A stretch of 42,279 nt of DNA from Candidatus Udaeobacter sp. (GCA_035258625.1 DATFXC010000150.1:1-42279); one strand, 5' to 3'. Positions 1 through 9,472 are shown, counted from the first letter of the stretch. The notes: a model not told the origin generated them from the letters alone. Numbers and translations are program-made.

Positions 1-1308
1 GAGTGCCTCAAACGCCGTTTTGCCGGTGTCGCCGTGCCCGTGCATAATGGAGCGAAATTCCGCTTCACTCAATTTCGCTGCCTTCATGACGGCGCGGTAA
101 ATAATCGAGCCGCCCACTTGTAACGCACGCAGATCGCTCTGCGCGAAAGGCCGACCGGTGAAATAAATCGCCGCGATCGGAAGTTGCTCCTGATCGAGGG
201 TGCCAAGATAATCGGCGAGGAAACGTACCTTCTCTAATTTGGCGACGGTTGCTCCAATTGCTTCGCCGACCTGCGCAAAGGCGGCGAATTCGGATTGGGG
301 AGCGCTAGCATTCTGCCGAACAGGCTCTGACATGCGAAGCGAAAACTCCATCTGGTTTTCCGCCCTCAGTGCCCACGCTTCGATGCCCCGCTCGCGTAAA
401 TCGCGCGCGAATTCGACGGCGAATCCATGAAGAGTAAACACACGTTTGGGTCGAACAAGATCGACATAGCGGACGAGCTCATTGTAATCGGCGTGATCGG
501 AAAGCGGAAATGCAGCATCGACTTGATAGCGGTAAATTGCATTCGGATCGAGTGCCCAGCCAGTGAGCATTGCCACACGTTTGCGCGGAATTTTTTCAAG
601 CGCGCACGATCCATTTGCGGTGGGTGGGCAAATGAGAACCTTCCCGGCAACCTGGTTCGCGTTGTACGAGACATAGTTGCAAAAGGACTGGCCCAGCTGC
701 CCGTAAACACGGGTCATCCGATACACAGAACTGTGCAACATCGGCGTCAGCCCGGCGCCCTCGAGCGAGCACAAAATCTCCTGCGCCTTGCCTAACGAGC
801 AGCCAAGCAGCACTGGCACGCGATCGTCCTCGATTGCTTCGCGGCAGAACGCCACAACTTGATGGACGATTTGTTCCGTTGGCGGAAATCGGTAACGCGA
901 CAGCCCAAAAGTCGTTTCCATGATGAGGGTATCGGCCTCGCGCCATTCCACCGGCTCGGCGGATTTGCCCGGACGCAGTTTAAAATCGCCGGTGTAAAGT
1001 AGTGTGTCGTCGCTCCCGAACAGAAGGCATTGTGCCGAACCAAAGATATGACCTGCCGGCAATAACATGAGGTCGAGATGGCGAACCGTTCGTCTTTCGC
1101 CAAATGGCAGGATATGCTCTTTGCGGACACCAGAGAGCCGGCTTTGCATCAAGCGTGCTGTGCGTTCCGAGACAATGATCTCGCGATGCCGCGCTATGTG
1201 GTCGCTGTGCGCGTGCGAAACGAAAGCCATATCCTTCGCATCCCAGGGATCGAGCCACAAATCTTGTCGCGGCAGATAAATCCCACGCTCATAACGAACG
1301 TCGATCAC
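1..1308 (-). CDS. MBL-fold ligase-associated nuclease fused in frame to the N-terminal part of an ATP-dependent DNA ligase; partial, the 3' end runs off the left edge
   Basis: Absent from the ORF track because there is no in-window stop. The reverse-strand frame ending at nt 1 is open for 436 codons from GTG (rc of 1306-1308). It reads VIDVRYERGIYLPRQDLWLDPWDAKDMAFVSHAHSDHIARH (HxHxDH metallo-beta-lactamase motif), then FPLSDHADYNELVRYV. After a linker near nt 350-290 it reads FAAFAQVGEAIGATVAKLEKVRFLADYLGTLDQEQLPIAAIYFTGRPF, typical of the start of bacterial ATP-dependent ligases. Confidence 0.75.
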   Translation of the reverse strand, partial: MIDVRYERGIYLPRQDLWLDPWDAKDMAFVSHAHSDHIARHREIIVSERTARLMQSRLSGVRKEHILPFGERRTVRHLDLMLLPAGHIFGSAQCLLFGSDDTLLYTGDFKLRPGKSAEPVEWREADTLIMETTFGLSRYRFPPTEQIVHQVVAFCREAIEDDRVPVLLGCSLGKAQEILCSLEGAGLTPMLHSSVYRMTRVYGQLGQSFCNYVSYNANQVAGKVLICPPTANGSCALEKIPRKRVAMLTGWALDPNAIYRYQVDAAFPLSDHADYNELVRYVDLVRPKRVFTLHGFAVEFARDLRERGIEAWALRAENQMEFSLRMSEPVRQNASAPQSEFAAFAQVGEAIGATVAKLEKVRFLADYLGTLDQEQLPIAAIYFTGRPFAQSDLRALQVGGSIIYRAVMKAAKLSEAEFRSIMHGHGDTGKTAFEAL

Positions 1309-1411
1309 CCCAAAATCTAGACGTGAAACAGCGACAGCAAAACCGTGGGACTTATACCCCAATGCGACCTTTATTGACAGGCAGCCTCTGAGCCCGTTTC
1401 ATTAATGAGAG

Positions 1412-1981
1412 ATGAAATTTATCCCAGTGGCGCTTGTTTTTATCGCTACCGCAAGCGGGCTGGCCGCAGCGACCGAGGAACCCAGGATTGTCCAAAAAGT
1501 TACACCGCTTCCGGTCGCGCTGAGTAAGGATTTCGAATTTCGAAAAACGAAGCTTTTCTTTATGAGTGAGCAGGCGCCGAAAAACCCTGGCTCGCGGCAG
1601 ACGACGAGCACGTTTAGAGGGCCGAGCGGGAAAACGGCCACGCTTCAGGACGCGCCTATTACTTTTGAGCGGCAATACCGGCTTTTTGGCGCCGTGACCG
1701 GCCTCGATCAACGCCAGCGGTTCGGTGATTACTTCGATTTTTTTTGGCGCGCCAGGCGACTGGCGGACGTGACCGTCCGCCTCGAATATCGTCAGGAGAA
1801 ATTGCATGATCACATTCAGGCGCAGGAAATTTCTTATCGAAATGTCCGCGGCACTCAGAAGACGGAATTCAAAGTGATCGGCGACGATTACTTTGACGAT
1901 GGACGCGTAATCGCCTGGCGCTGCTTGCTGATCGAAAACGGGCGGGTGGTAGCGGAAAATCGCTCTTACATGTGGGACTAG
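1412..1981 (+). CDS. secreted hypothetical protein (signal peptide)
   Basis: 189-aa ORF with N-terminal MKFIPVALVFIATASGLAAA signal-like segment; no recognisable catalytic motif. Confidence 0.55.
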   Translation: MKFIPVALVFIATASGLAAATEEPRIVQKVTPLPVALSKDFEFRKTKLFFMSEQAPKNPGSRQTTSTFRGPSGKTATLQDAPITFERQYRLFGAVTGLDQRQRFGDYFDFFWRARRLADVTVRLEYRQEKLHDHIQAQEISYRNVRGTQKTEFKVIGDDYFDDGRVIAWRCLLIENGRVVAENRSYMWD

Positions 1982-2061
1982 CCGGTCGAGGTCGATGGGA
2001 TACCGCTAGGCAACCTCCCTATTCCGAATCCAATTTAGAGCTTTCCAGTGGCTGGCCGGGT

Positions 2062-2091
2062 TTGACACCGTGCCTGCCGATCTTGTATCTT
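2062..2091 (+). promoter_or_regulatory. candidate sigma-70-type promoter (TTGACA-N18-TATCTT) for the STAS/PP2C/grpE/dnaJ unit
   Basis: TTGACA at 2062-2067 and TATCTT at 2086-2091, 14 nt upstream of the GTG at 2105. Pattern match only. Confidence 0.35.
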
Positions 2092-2104
2092 TTATTGAAC
2101 AAAC

Positions 2105-2620
2105 GTGGAGTCATCGATTCTAGTAGGGGTAAGCGGTCCGACCGTATGGGTGAAAGTGGAGGGAAAAGGTAGTTTCCTCAATAGCGGCAACCTCAAGGAG
2201 TTCGCGCGCGAAATGCTGGACCGCGGGTATCGCGAATTTGTGGTGGACCTGGCGGATTGCGCCATGATGGATTCCACATTCATGGGAACTATGGCGAGTG
2301 TGGCGTTGCGGCTAAAAGAACTCGGCCATGGCCATCTGCATATCGTTCATTGTGGAAACCGCAGCCAGCAACTGCTTTCCGGGCTTGGTCTGGATCAGAT
2401 ATTCGATATTCACAGCGATGGTACTGGTGCGCCTGAATGTGAAGCGCTCGAGCAAGCCACCAGGAACCAGTCACCGGATTTCCGAAAGAAGGAACAGGCA
2501 GAAACGATGCTGGAAGCGCACGAAGCGCTTTGCGAAGCGGCGCCAGAAAATATCTTTCGCTTTAAGGACGTTCTCGACTTTCTCAGACAAGACCTTCATC
2601 ACGAGACGTCTTCGAAGTAA
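2105..2620 (+). CDS. STAS-domain anti-sigma-factor antagonist (SpoIIAA/RsbV-like) with about 60-aa C-terminal extension
   Basis: VKVEGKGSFLNSGNLKEFAREML...FVVDLADCAMMDSTFMGT matches the STAS fold pattern and keeps the D-S phosphorylatable-serine position. The tail (EQAETMLEAHEALCEAAPENIFRFKDVLDFL) is beyond normal STAS length. Confidence 0.75.
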   Translation: MESSILVGVSGPTVWVKVEGKGSFLNSGNLKEFAREMLDRGYREFVVDLADCAMMDSTFMGTMASVALRLKELGHGHLHIVHCGNRSQQLLSGLGLDQIFDIHSDGTGAPECEALEQATRNQSPDFRKKEQAETMLEAHEALCEAAPENIFRFKDVLDFLRQDLHHETSSK

Positions 2621-2634
2621 GCTGGCCCTGCGCG

Positions 2635-4071
2635 ATGTGGCCGACTCTTCTCCTTGGGCTGCTCGTCGCGTCTGTGACCGGGTGGGTTGTAACTGCCTAC
2701 CTTCAGACGCGCCGAATTCGCAGGCTAGAGCGCTCGCATGAGGAGATCCAAGTCGAAGAAACGCTGGTGTTCGATTTCCTGCACGGTCTAGGCGAAGCCT
2801 TTCGGGAGACGATTCGACCGCAGGAACTGCATCGGCTGATTGTTGAAGGCGCCGTGCGCGTTCTCGACGCACACGGCGGTGCGCTCTATGTGACCGATCG
2901 CACCGGCGGCAAGCTCACCCCGGCGTTCATCTCAAAAGGTTGTCCGCCTCTTGTCGAAGTTCCGTCAAATATTTTGCAACAAGCGGCTGCCAATCCCGTG
3001 GCTTTGGAGACTTTCCTGCGGCTGCACGCCGTCGCTCAGCGCGAAGGATTAATTGGGCGCGTGTGGCAAACAGGACAGGCTGTCTGTCTGAACGAGTTCT
3101 CCGAAGCTCCGGAATTGGCCAGATTGCGTGGAAGCGCCTTTGGCAGCGTGTCGGTGATGGCGACGGCGCTTCGTTATGGAGACCAGGACCTCGGTGTGCT
3201 GGCGCTGGCCAACGGTCCCATGGGTGCGCCTTTTTCGCAGGGTGATTTTGTGGTCTTTAAATCAATCGCTGAGCAGTCCGCTTTTGCGCTCTACAACGCC
3301 ATCATTTATTCGATGGCGAACGAAAAGAAACGGCTGGATCACGATCTCGAAATTGCCAGAGACATTCAGCGCATCCTGCTCCCATCGGAAGCGCCGGCCA
3401 TCAATGGATTTCAGATCAGTGGCATCAACGTGCCGGCCCGCCAGGTAAGCGGCGATTACTTCGATTACATCGACGTAGATAAGGAGCGGCTTGGCGTGGC
3501 GATCGCAGACGTCTCCGGGAAAGGGGTACCAGCATCTCTGATCATGGCGATCTGCCGCAGCGTATTGCGTGCAGAAGCCGCTCGCAATCCGTCTCCGGCT
3601 GATGTTTTACGAAAAGTAAACCGACAGCTTTATCCGGATATCAAAGAAGACATGTTCATTAGCATGGCCTACCTTATCCTGGATCATCATCACGATGGGG
3701 TCACGCTCGCGCGCGCCGGACACGACGCGCCGTTATGGTACAAGCGGCAATCGCAAACCGTCACGCCGGTAAAGTCTCCGGGAATGGTGGTGGGAATTGA
3801 CAGTGGAAGCGTGTTCGATAGGCTTACGGTTGATTTCGCAGTAGCGCTCGAACGCAACGATTGTCTCGTTCTCTACACCGACGGTGTCACCGAGACGCTT
3901 AACTCCGAGGGAGACGAGTTTGGTGTCGACCGGATGATGCAGTCGGTCCGCGCCAGCGCAAACGATGGCGCCCAAGCGATTGTAAAGAGGATCACCGAGG
4001 ACGTGCGCGAGTTTACCGGTTCGGTGCCGCAAAATGATGACATAACCTTGATCGCGATCCGTAAAACATGA
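2635..4071 (+). CDS. membrane-anchored GAF-domain PP2C/SpoIIE-family serine phosphatase (RsbU-like)
   Basis: N-terminal TM helix and a GAF-like middle (GGALYVTDRTGGKLTP...GLIGRVWQTGQAV). C-terminal SpoIIE/PP2C motifs: ARDIQRILLP, SGDYFDY, VAIADVSGKGVPASL, LYTDGVTE, NDDITLIAI. Confidence 0.85.
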   Translation: MWPTLLLGLLVASVTGWVVTAYLQTRRIRRLERSHEEIQVEETLVFDFLHGLGEAFRETIRPQELHRLIVEGAVRVLDAHGGALYVTDRTGGKLTPAFISKGCPPLVEVPSNILQQAAANPVALETFLRLHAVAQREGLIGRVWQTGQAVCLNEFSEAPELARLRGSAFGSVSVMATALRYGDQDLGVLALANGPMGAPFSQGDFVVFKSIAEQSAFALYNAIIYSMANEKKRLDHDLEIARDIQRILLPSEAPAINGFQISGINVPARQVSGDYFDYIDVDKERLGVAIADVSGKGVPASLIMAICRSVLRAEAARNPSPADVLRKVNRQLYPDIKEDMFISMAYLILDHHHDGVTLARAGHDAPLWYKRQSQTVTPVKSPGMVVGIDSGSVFDRLTVDFAVALERNDCLVLYTDGVTETLNSEGDEFGVDRMMQSVRASANDGAQAIVKRITEDVREFTGSVPQNDDITLIAIRKT

Positions 4072-4613
4072 AAAAGATTCCTTCCCCTGAAGAAGAAGAG
4101 AAAATGAATTCAGCACGGGCAAGGCAAGCGTCTGAACCCGGCGCCGACTCCGAAGATGCAATGGCCGGCCTGCAAGCCGATCTCGACCGATTTCGCGATC
4201 TAGCGCTGCGCAGCCAGGCTGATTTCGAAAACTACAAGAAACGATCCGCGCGCGAGAAAGAAGAGGCGATCAAATACGCCAACAGCGCGTTGCTCCAGCG
4301 GCTGGTCTCAATTCTCGATAATTTTGAGCTCGGGCTCGCGGCTGCAAAAACGGAGAGCCAGGAATCGCCGATTTATTCTGGGATGGTTCTCGTTCAAAAA
4401 CAGCTCAACGATTTACTTGCGGAAAACGGGCTGGAACCGATCGACGCCGAGGGCAAAAGATTTGATCCGAACCTGCACGAAGCAATTGCCCATGAGCCGG
4501 GCGAGTCTCCCGAAGAAACGGTCATCCGCCAGACGCGGCGAGGCTATCGTTTTAAGGATCGCCTGCTGCGACCGGCGCGCGTGATTGTTTCCAGCGGACC
4601 TGCGAAGAAGTGA
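4068..4613 (+). CDS. grpE: nucleotide exchange factor GrpE
   Basis: DFENYKKRSAREKEEAIKYANSALLQRLVSILDNFELGL is the GrpE signature. The ATG overlaps the phosphatase stop (ATGA). Confidence 0.9.
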   Translation: MKKIPSPEEEEKMNSARARQASEPGADSEDAMAGLQADLDRFRDLALRSQADFENYKKRSAREKEEAIKYANSALLQRLVSILDNFELGLAAAKTESQESPIYSGMVLVQKQLNDLLAENGLEPIDAEGKRFDPNLHEAIAHEPGESPEETVIRQTRRGYRFKDRLLRPARVIVSSGPAKK

Positions 4614-4669
4614 GCATTCTTGCTTGCTTGGCATATTAGTCCCATACGTCCCACAGGACTCATCACTGC

Positions 4670-5815
4670 ATGGCTACCGTGAAACGCGATTATTACGAAG
4701 TGCTCGGCGTCGAACGAACTGCCGCCGATGAGGAAATCAAACGCGCCTATCGCAAACTCGCTGTAAAGTTTCATCCCGACAAAAATCCAGACGATCCGCA
4801 CGCTGAGGAAAAATTTAAAGAATTAGGCGAGGCGTACGACGTGCTCATGGATCCTGATAAACGCGCCGCGTACGATCGCTTCGGTCACGCCGCGTTTGCA
4901 CAGGGGGGCGCCGGTTTCGGTGGCGGCGGTTTCCATGATCCGTTCGAGATTTTCCGCGAAGTGTTTGGCGGCGGCGGATTTGGCGGCGGCATTTTCGAGA
5001 CGTTCTTCGGCGGCGGCGCCGGTGAGCGCTCAGGCGAACGTCGTCGCGGATCCGATTTGCGCTATGACATGGAAATCAAACTGGAGGAGGCGGCCTTTGG
5101 CGCAGAGAAGACGATTGAGATCGAGAAGCTCGATACCTGCGATAAATGCCATGGGAGCGGTGCTGAACCGGGTTCGAGTAGAATCAATTGCCCGACGTGC
5201 GGTGGGCGCGGGCAGGTGATCAGTTCGCGTGGGTTCTTTCATATCTCGCAAACATGTCCGCGCTGCCATGGCGCCGGTCAGATCATCGAAAAACCGTGCC
5301 AGAAATGCCGTGGCGACGGTCGCGTCGAAAAGCTAAGCCGGATCAAGCTGAAAATTCCCTCCGGTATCAGGGCGAGCACACGGTTGCGTTCTCCGGGAAA
5401 CGGCGAAGCGGGCATCAGCGGCGGTCCGGCGGGCGATCTGTATGTGGTAGTTCACATCAAAGAGCACAATATTTTTCACCGCGAAGCCGACGATTTGTAT
5501 TGCGACGTGCCGATTCCGTTTTCGGTTGCAGCCCTGGGCGGCGAGATCGACGTGCCGACCCTCGAAGGCAAAGCGCATCTTAAAGTGCCCGCCGGCACTC
5601 AAAGTGGGCAGATGTTCAAATTGCGCGGCAAAGGTATTATAAACGTTAACGGTCGCAGCCATGGCGATTTGTTTGCGCGGCTCATTGTCGAGGTACCTTC
5701 GCGCCTGAACCTCGAGCAACGCCGCAAGCTCGAGGAATTCGCAGCGCTTTGCGGCGATGAAAACACGCCGATGCGCAAGAGTTTTTTCGATCGGGCAAAG
5801 GAATTCTTCAGATAA
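4670..5815 (+). CDS. dnaJ: molecular chaperone DnaJ
   Basis: J-domain with HPD (KFHPDKNP), G/F-rich linker, and four CxxCxGxG zinc-finger repeats ([32 protein letters not shown]). Confidence 0.95.
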   Translation: MATVKRDYYEVLGVERTAADEEIKRAYRKLAVKFHPDKNPDDPHAEEKFKELGEAYDVLMDPDKRAAYDRFGHAAFAQGGAGFGGGGFHDPFEIFREVFGGGGFGGGIFETFFGGGAGERSGERRRGSDLRYDMEIKLEEAAFGAEKTIEIEKLDTCDKCHGSGAEPGSSRINCPTCGGRGQVISSRGFFHISQTCPRCHGAGQIIEKPCQKCRGDGRVEKLSRIKLKIPSGIRASTRLRSPGNGEAGISGGPAGDLYVVVHIKEHNIFHREADDLYCDVPIPFSVAALGGEIDVPTLEGKAHLKVPAGTQSGQMFKLRGKGIINVNGRSHGDLFARLIVEVPSRLNLEQRRKLEEFAALCGDENTPMRKSFFDRAKEFFR

Positions 5816-5828
5816 GCGCTGCAATTCC

Positions 5829-6692
5829 GTGGTTCGCAATGCCATTAAGCTCATCGAATGCCCACGCGACGCGTGGCAGGGCCTCAGTCGGCAAATGCCC
5901 AGCGAACTGAAAGCGCGTTATCTACGCGCGCTGATTGGTGCGGGTTTCAAACACATCGATGCCGTTAGCTTTGTTTCTCCCAAAGCGGTTCCGCAAATGG
6001 CCGACAGCGAGCGAGTGTTGGAGCAAATCGAGCTGTCTGACGAGATCGAAATCATCGGGATCGTGGTAAATGAAAAAGGCGCGGAGCGCGCCGTGGCGAC
6101 CGAAGCAGTTTCGACACTGGGTTTCCCTTGCTCAGTATCTGAGACCTTTGTGCGCAAAAACCAGAATCAGACAGTCGAAGAATGTTACAAGACTTTGGGA
6201 TTGATTAAGGCAAGAGCGGATATCTCGGGGCTGAGCACTGTCGCTTATATCTCGATGGCGTTCGGGAATCCGTATGGCGATCCGTGGAATGAGACGGAAG
6301 TCCGCGAGGCAATGGCTAAATTGGTGGACCTCGGTATTGGATCCGTTTCACTCGCTGACACTGTTGGGATGGCCGGTCCTGATTTGATTCAGCGTGTGTT
6401 TGATTCCGCGATCAGCCAGTACCCTAACTGCGACATCGGCGTGCATCTTCACAGTGCACCCAGCGAAGCCGCACCAAAAATACTTGCTGCTTACGATGCA
6501 GGTTGCCGCCGTTTCGATTCGGCCATCGGCGGCCTTGGCGGATGCCCATTCGCGCAGGATGCGCTGGTTGGAAATATTCCCACAGAAGGCCTGCTCGCCG
6601 CTTTGCAACAGCGTGGTGTAGAGCTGCCGATCAGTAAGGCGCTCACAGACGTGCTGGCGCTCAATTCCCTGATCGCAGGCGAATACGCATAG
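5829..6692 (+). CDS. HMGL-like (hydroxymethylglutaryl-CoA lyase family) aldolase/lyase
   Basis: IECPRDAWQG...VSFVSPKAVPQMADSE...LADTVGMAGP...HLHSAP...GGLGGCPFA match the HMG-CoA-lyase/pyruvate-carboxyltransferase TIM-barrel pattern. The track start at 5757 overlaps dnaJ; the in-frame GTG at 5829 is preferred. Confidence 0.75.
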   Translation: MVRNAIKLIECPRDAWQGLSRQMPSELKARYLRALIGAGFKHIDAVSFVSPKAVPQMADSERVLEQIELSDEIEIIGIVVNEKGAERAVATEAVSTLGFPCSVSETFVRKNQNQTVEECYKTLGLIKARADISGLSTVAYISMAFGNPYGDPWNETEVREAMAKLVDLGIGSVSLADTVGMAGPDLIQRVFDSAISQYPNCDIGVHLHSAPSEAAPKILAAYDAGCRRFDSAIGGLGGCPFAQDALVGNIPTEGLLAALQQRGVELPISKALTDVLALNSLIAGEYA

Positions 6693-6715
6693 GTCGTATT
6701 CGTCGCATAGGTTAC

Positions 6716-7468
6716 ATGCATCGCTTCTACGTTGCGCCGGAACACTGGGACCCGCGCGGACTCGCATTGCGCGGCTCCGAAGCGCACCACGCGCGCGACG
6801 TCTTGCGACTGGGTGCTGGGGAGAAGCTTGTGCTGTTCAACGGACAAGGCCGCGAACTGACAGCGGAAATTGCGAGTTTTGCCGGCGACGAAATTCAGCT
6901 GCGAAAATTACACGAAGCGCAAACACCGCCGCTGCGCTGCCGGATCGTCCTCGGACAGGCGATTCCAAAAGGCAAAAACATGGAGCTGATTGTGCAAAAG
7001 GCAGTCGAGATCGGTGCAGCGGAAATCGCGCCGATCATTTCTGACCGCACGATTGTGCAGCTCGCCTCCGACAGTGTCGCGCAAAAACAGACAAAGTGGC
7101 AGCAGATCGCCATTGAAGCGGCCAAGCAGTGCGGTCAGAACTGGCTGCCGCGCGTGCACGCACCAAAAAAATTAGCGGAGTTCTTTTCCACAGCATCGGA
7201 GCAAGCTTTCAATCTTTGCCTGATCGGTTCGCTCCAGCCTGATGCGCAACACTTGAAACAAATTCTGGAAACGTATTCGAGCGAGCACGGTGATCGTCCT
7301 CGAAGCGTGTTGGTGCTTGTTGGGCCCGAGGGCGACTTTACTCCAGCGGAGCTAGCACTGGCGCGGCGTCACGGTTGCCAGCCACTTACGCTCGGCCCAA
7401 TTATCTTGCGAGTAGAAACGGCGGCAATTTATTGCCTCAGCATCCTGTCGTACGAATTACTGATTTAA
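6716..7468 (+). CDS. rsmE: 16S rRNA (uracil1498-N3)-methyltransferase RsmE
   Basis: MHRFYV start, EAHHARDVLRL, and the C-terminal SPOUT motif LVGPEGDFTPAEL. Confidence 0.85.
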   Translation: MHRFYVAPEHWDPRGLALRGSEAHHARDVLRLGAGEKLVLFNGQGRELTAEIASFAGDEIQLRKLHEAQTPPLRCRIVLGQAIPKGKNMELIVQKAVEIGAAEIAPIISDRTIVQLASDSVAQKQTKWQQIAIEAAKQCGQNWLPRVHAPKKLAEFFSTASEQAFNLCLIGSLQPDAQHLKQILETYSSEHGDRPRSVLVLVGPEGDFTPAELALARRHGCQPLTLGPIILRVETAAIYCLSILSYELLI

Positions 7469-7524
7469 CGGAGCCGCTTGTTGCTGCTCACGCCGGGCTG
7501 AGCGACAAGAATCAATCAGTGCTC

Positions 7525-9417
7525 TTATTGCGCGGCGGCCGTTTCAACGGCCGATTCGGATGCTGGAATGGAGACTGGCGCTACCCCATCAACCGGCGCG
7601 GGCTGAATCGAGACAATCCTGAATTGTGCCCCACCGTGCTCCGTACTCAGCGAAACGGCCTCACCTACCTCGTGACCGAGGAGCGCGCGGCCGATGGCGG
7701 TTTGGTACGAGATGATGTGGCGCTCCGGGTCGCTGTCCCATGCGCCGAGAATCGTGTACGTTTCTTCTCCGTTCGTCTCTGCATTGCGCAACGTGACAAT
7801 TGTGCCGATGGACACGCGCGATATGTCTGGATTTTCAAATGATGTGCCACGCGCGTCGTGCAGCATCTGTTCCAGCTCGGCTTTGCGTCGCATCAGGACG
7901 CTTTGCATTTGCTTGGCCGCTTTAAATTCGAAATTCTCGCTCAGATCGCCGTACGATCTGGCAATTGCGATCTCCTTGCTGTTCTCGGGAATTTTTACCT
8001 TAACGAGCTCGTCGTATTCGCCTCTGCGTTTTTCCAAACTGCTCCAGGACACAATAAGCGGCGCGGCCTTCTCCTGCGGTTGCGCGCTGGCAATCATGGT
8101 TTCCAGTTCTGGATGGACTTTGACCATCCGCGCAAGCAGCGAACGTTTCGTTAATTCGTCGAATAACGGCGTTAACTGGAGGCGTCGCATAGCATCGCGC
8201 GCCAAACCGACGTCAACTTTCTTGAACATTTCCCCGAGCAATTGACGGTCGTCCACCAGCGCCCGCTGCAATTTGCTGGCGCGGCCCGGAGAATTGTGCT
8301 GTTCGCGCTCCAGCGCGGCCAGAATGGCCCAGAGCAATTCTGGGTTTATCAGTTCGTCCCAATTTTCCTTTTCGCCGCACAACCAGGTGAGCATCTCGCT
8401 CGTGGCTGAATGTTCGCGAATACTTCGCTCGAGCATTGCCCGAAGCTCGGTGTGCTGCCCGGCTTCGTTCAGGATGCGCGGAATTTGCGCAACCATTCGA
8501 CCATGCGTGGCCTCCATCAGGCGCAAGGCGCGCTCTGTCCAACCCAAGCCCAACGCGGTCGGCAGTGCTTGCAAGACGCGTTTCTCTTTTGCCGCCGGTA
8601 AGTTTGGCAGAATTGATGTCAGACGTTTTTCCTCGTCGAGGATTAATTTGGAAAGAGTCAGACCGATGTGCGTGGTGTGCAGGGACTGAACACGCGCCAG
8701 CAAATCGTCCCGCGCCATGATCAGTTCGAAGGCCAGCTCGGGATGTAATTTCTGGTTGCGCGCCGCTGCGTTCTCGATGGACACGACGATCGGCTGAAGC
8801 TGTTTTTCAGGGTCTTTGAATTGATCGTGAGATTTTATGATTTGCTCGAGCGCCGCAATTTGCTGCTTCGGTTGCCGTGCCTTACTGAAAGTCGCGAGCA
8901 GCTCGTCAGCGTGCGACACCCCTTCGCCGCGAATTTGGATTGGCTCGGTCTTCTTTGCTGGAATGGAGAACGCGCCGCTTGCTTTGAGCGCCTTCCTGGT
9001 CGATTCCCACCAGCGTTTGCATTCCGCTTCGGTAAAGATATCGCCAATGAGCCATTCCCCGATCTGCTGCGCGCTGGCTTTGCCGTCCAGACTCTCCAGA
9101 ATATTTTGGACCAGGGCCACTGGGTTTTCCCTGGCCAGATTCTTGATTGACGCAATGTCCGTTGCCTTTCGGACCAGAAAATGTTCCGGAGCGAGCGGCG
9201 TAAGATTTTCCCCTGCGTATTGTGCCTGCATCGGATGAGACTTCTTGCTGGCGAAATCAATCACGATCTGACTCAGCAGGAGGTTCCATTCACGGACCCG
9301 GCCGAATCCCCAGCTCTTGTGCAGGCAAAATGTGCCTGGTTGCAACTTTTCCAACTGGCCGGCGGATTTAGTGCTGAGCTTGCCAGCTTCAACCAGCTTT
9401 TGTAATTCAGCGTCCAT
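7525..9417 (-). CDS. long GreA/GreB-family protein with N-terminal CarD/TRCF-like RNAP-interacting domain
   Basis: The C-terminal ~160 aa form a complete GreA module (IARSYGDLSENFEFKAAKQMQ coiled-coil tip; VSIGTIVTL...YTILG...ISYQTAIGRALLGHEVGE). The N-terminus FCLHKSWGFGRVREW...IDFASKKSHPM resembles CarD_CdnL_TRCF. Confidence 0.75.
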   Translation of the reverse strand: MDAELQKLVEAGKLSTKSAGQLEKLQPGTFCLHKSWGFGRVREWNLLLSQIVIDFASKKSHPMQAQYAGENLTPLAPEHFLVRKATDIASIKNLARENPVALVQNILESLDGKASAQQIGEWLIGDIFTEAECKRWWESTRKALKASGAFSIPAKKTEPIQIRGEGVSHADELLATFSKARQPKQQIAALEQIIKSHDQFKDPEKQLQPIVVSIENAAARNQKLHPELAFELIMARDDLLARVQSLHTTHIGLTLSKLILDEEKRLTSILPNLPAAKEKRVLQALPTALGLGWTERALRLMEATHGRMVAQIPRILNEAGQHTELRAMLERSIREHSATSEMLTWLCGEKENWDELINPELLWAILAALEREQHNSPGRASKLQRALVDDRQLLGEMFKKVDVGLARDAMRRLQLTPLFDELTKRSLLARMVKVHPELETMIASAQPQEKAAPLIVSWSSLEKRRGEYDELVKVKIPENSKEIAIARSYGDLSENFEFKAAKQMQSVLMRRKAELEQMLHDARGTSFENPDISRVSIGTIVTLRNAETNGEETYTILGAWDSDPERHIISYQTAIGRALLGHEVGEAVSLSTEHGGAQFRIVSIQPAPVDGVAPVSIPASESAVETAAAQ

Positions 9418-9472
9418 TTATCGGAACAAATGCGTTGTGTGACGTATAGGTCGCATCGGGGCGTCGCGCAAT

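Noticed and set aside
239-1320. Cluster of 60-120-aa ORFs on both strands in the ORF track at the left edge
   Set aside because: All lie inside, and out of frame with or antisense to, the 436-codon edge-truncated minus-strand MBL-nuclease/ligase frame. That frame has clear catalytic motifs, so these are shadow ORFs.
1982-4669. CIRCE (TTAGCACTC-N9-GAGTGCTAA) or a sigma-32 type heat-shock promoter upstream of grpE/dnaJ
   Set aside because: No match to either half-site upstream of the STAS gene, grpE or dnaJ. Only a sigma-70-like TTGACA-N18-TATCTT was seen.
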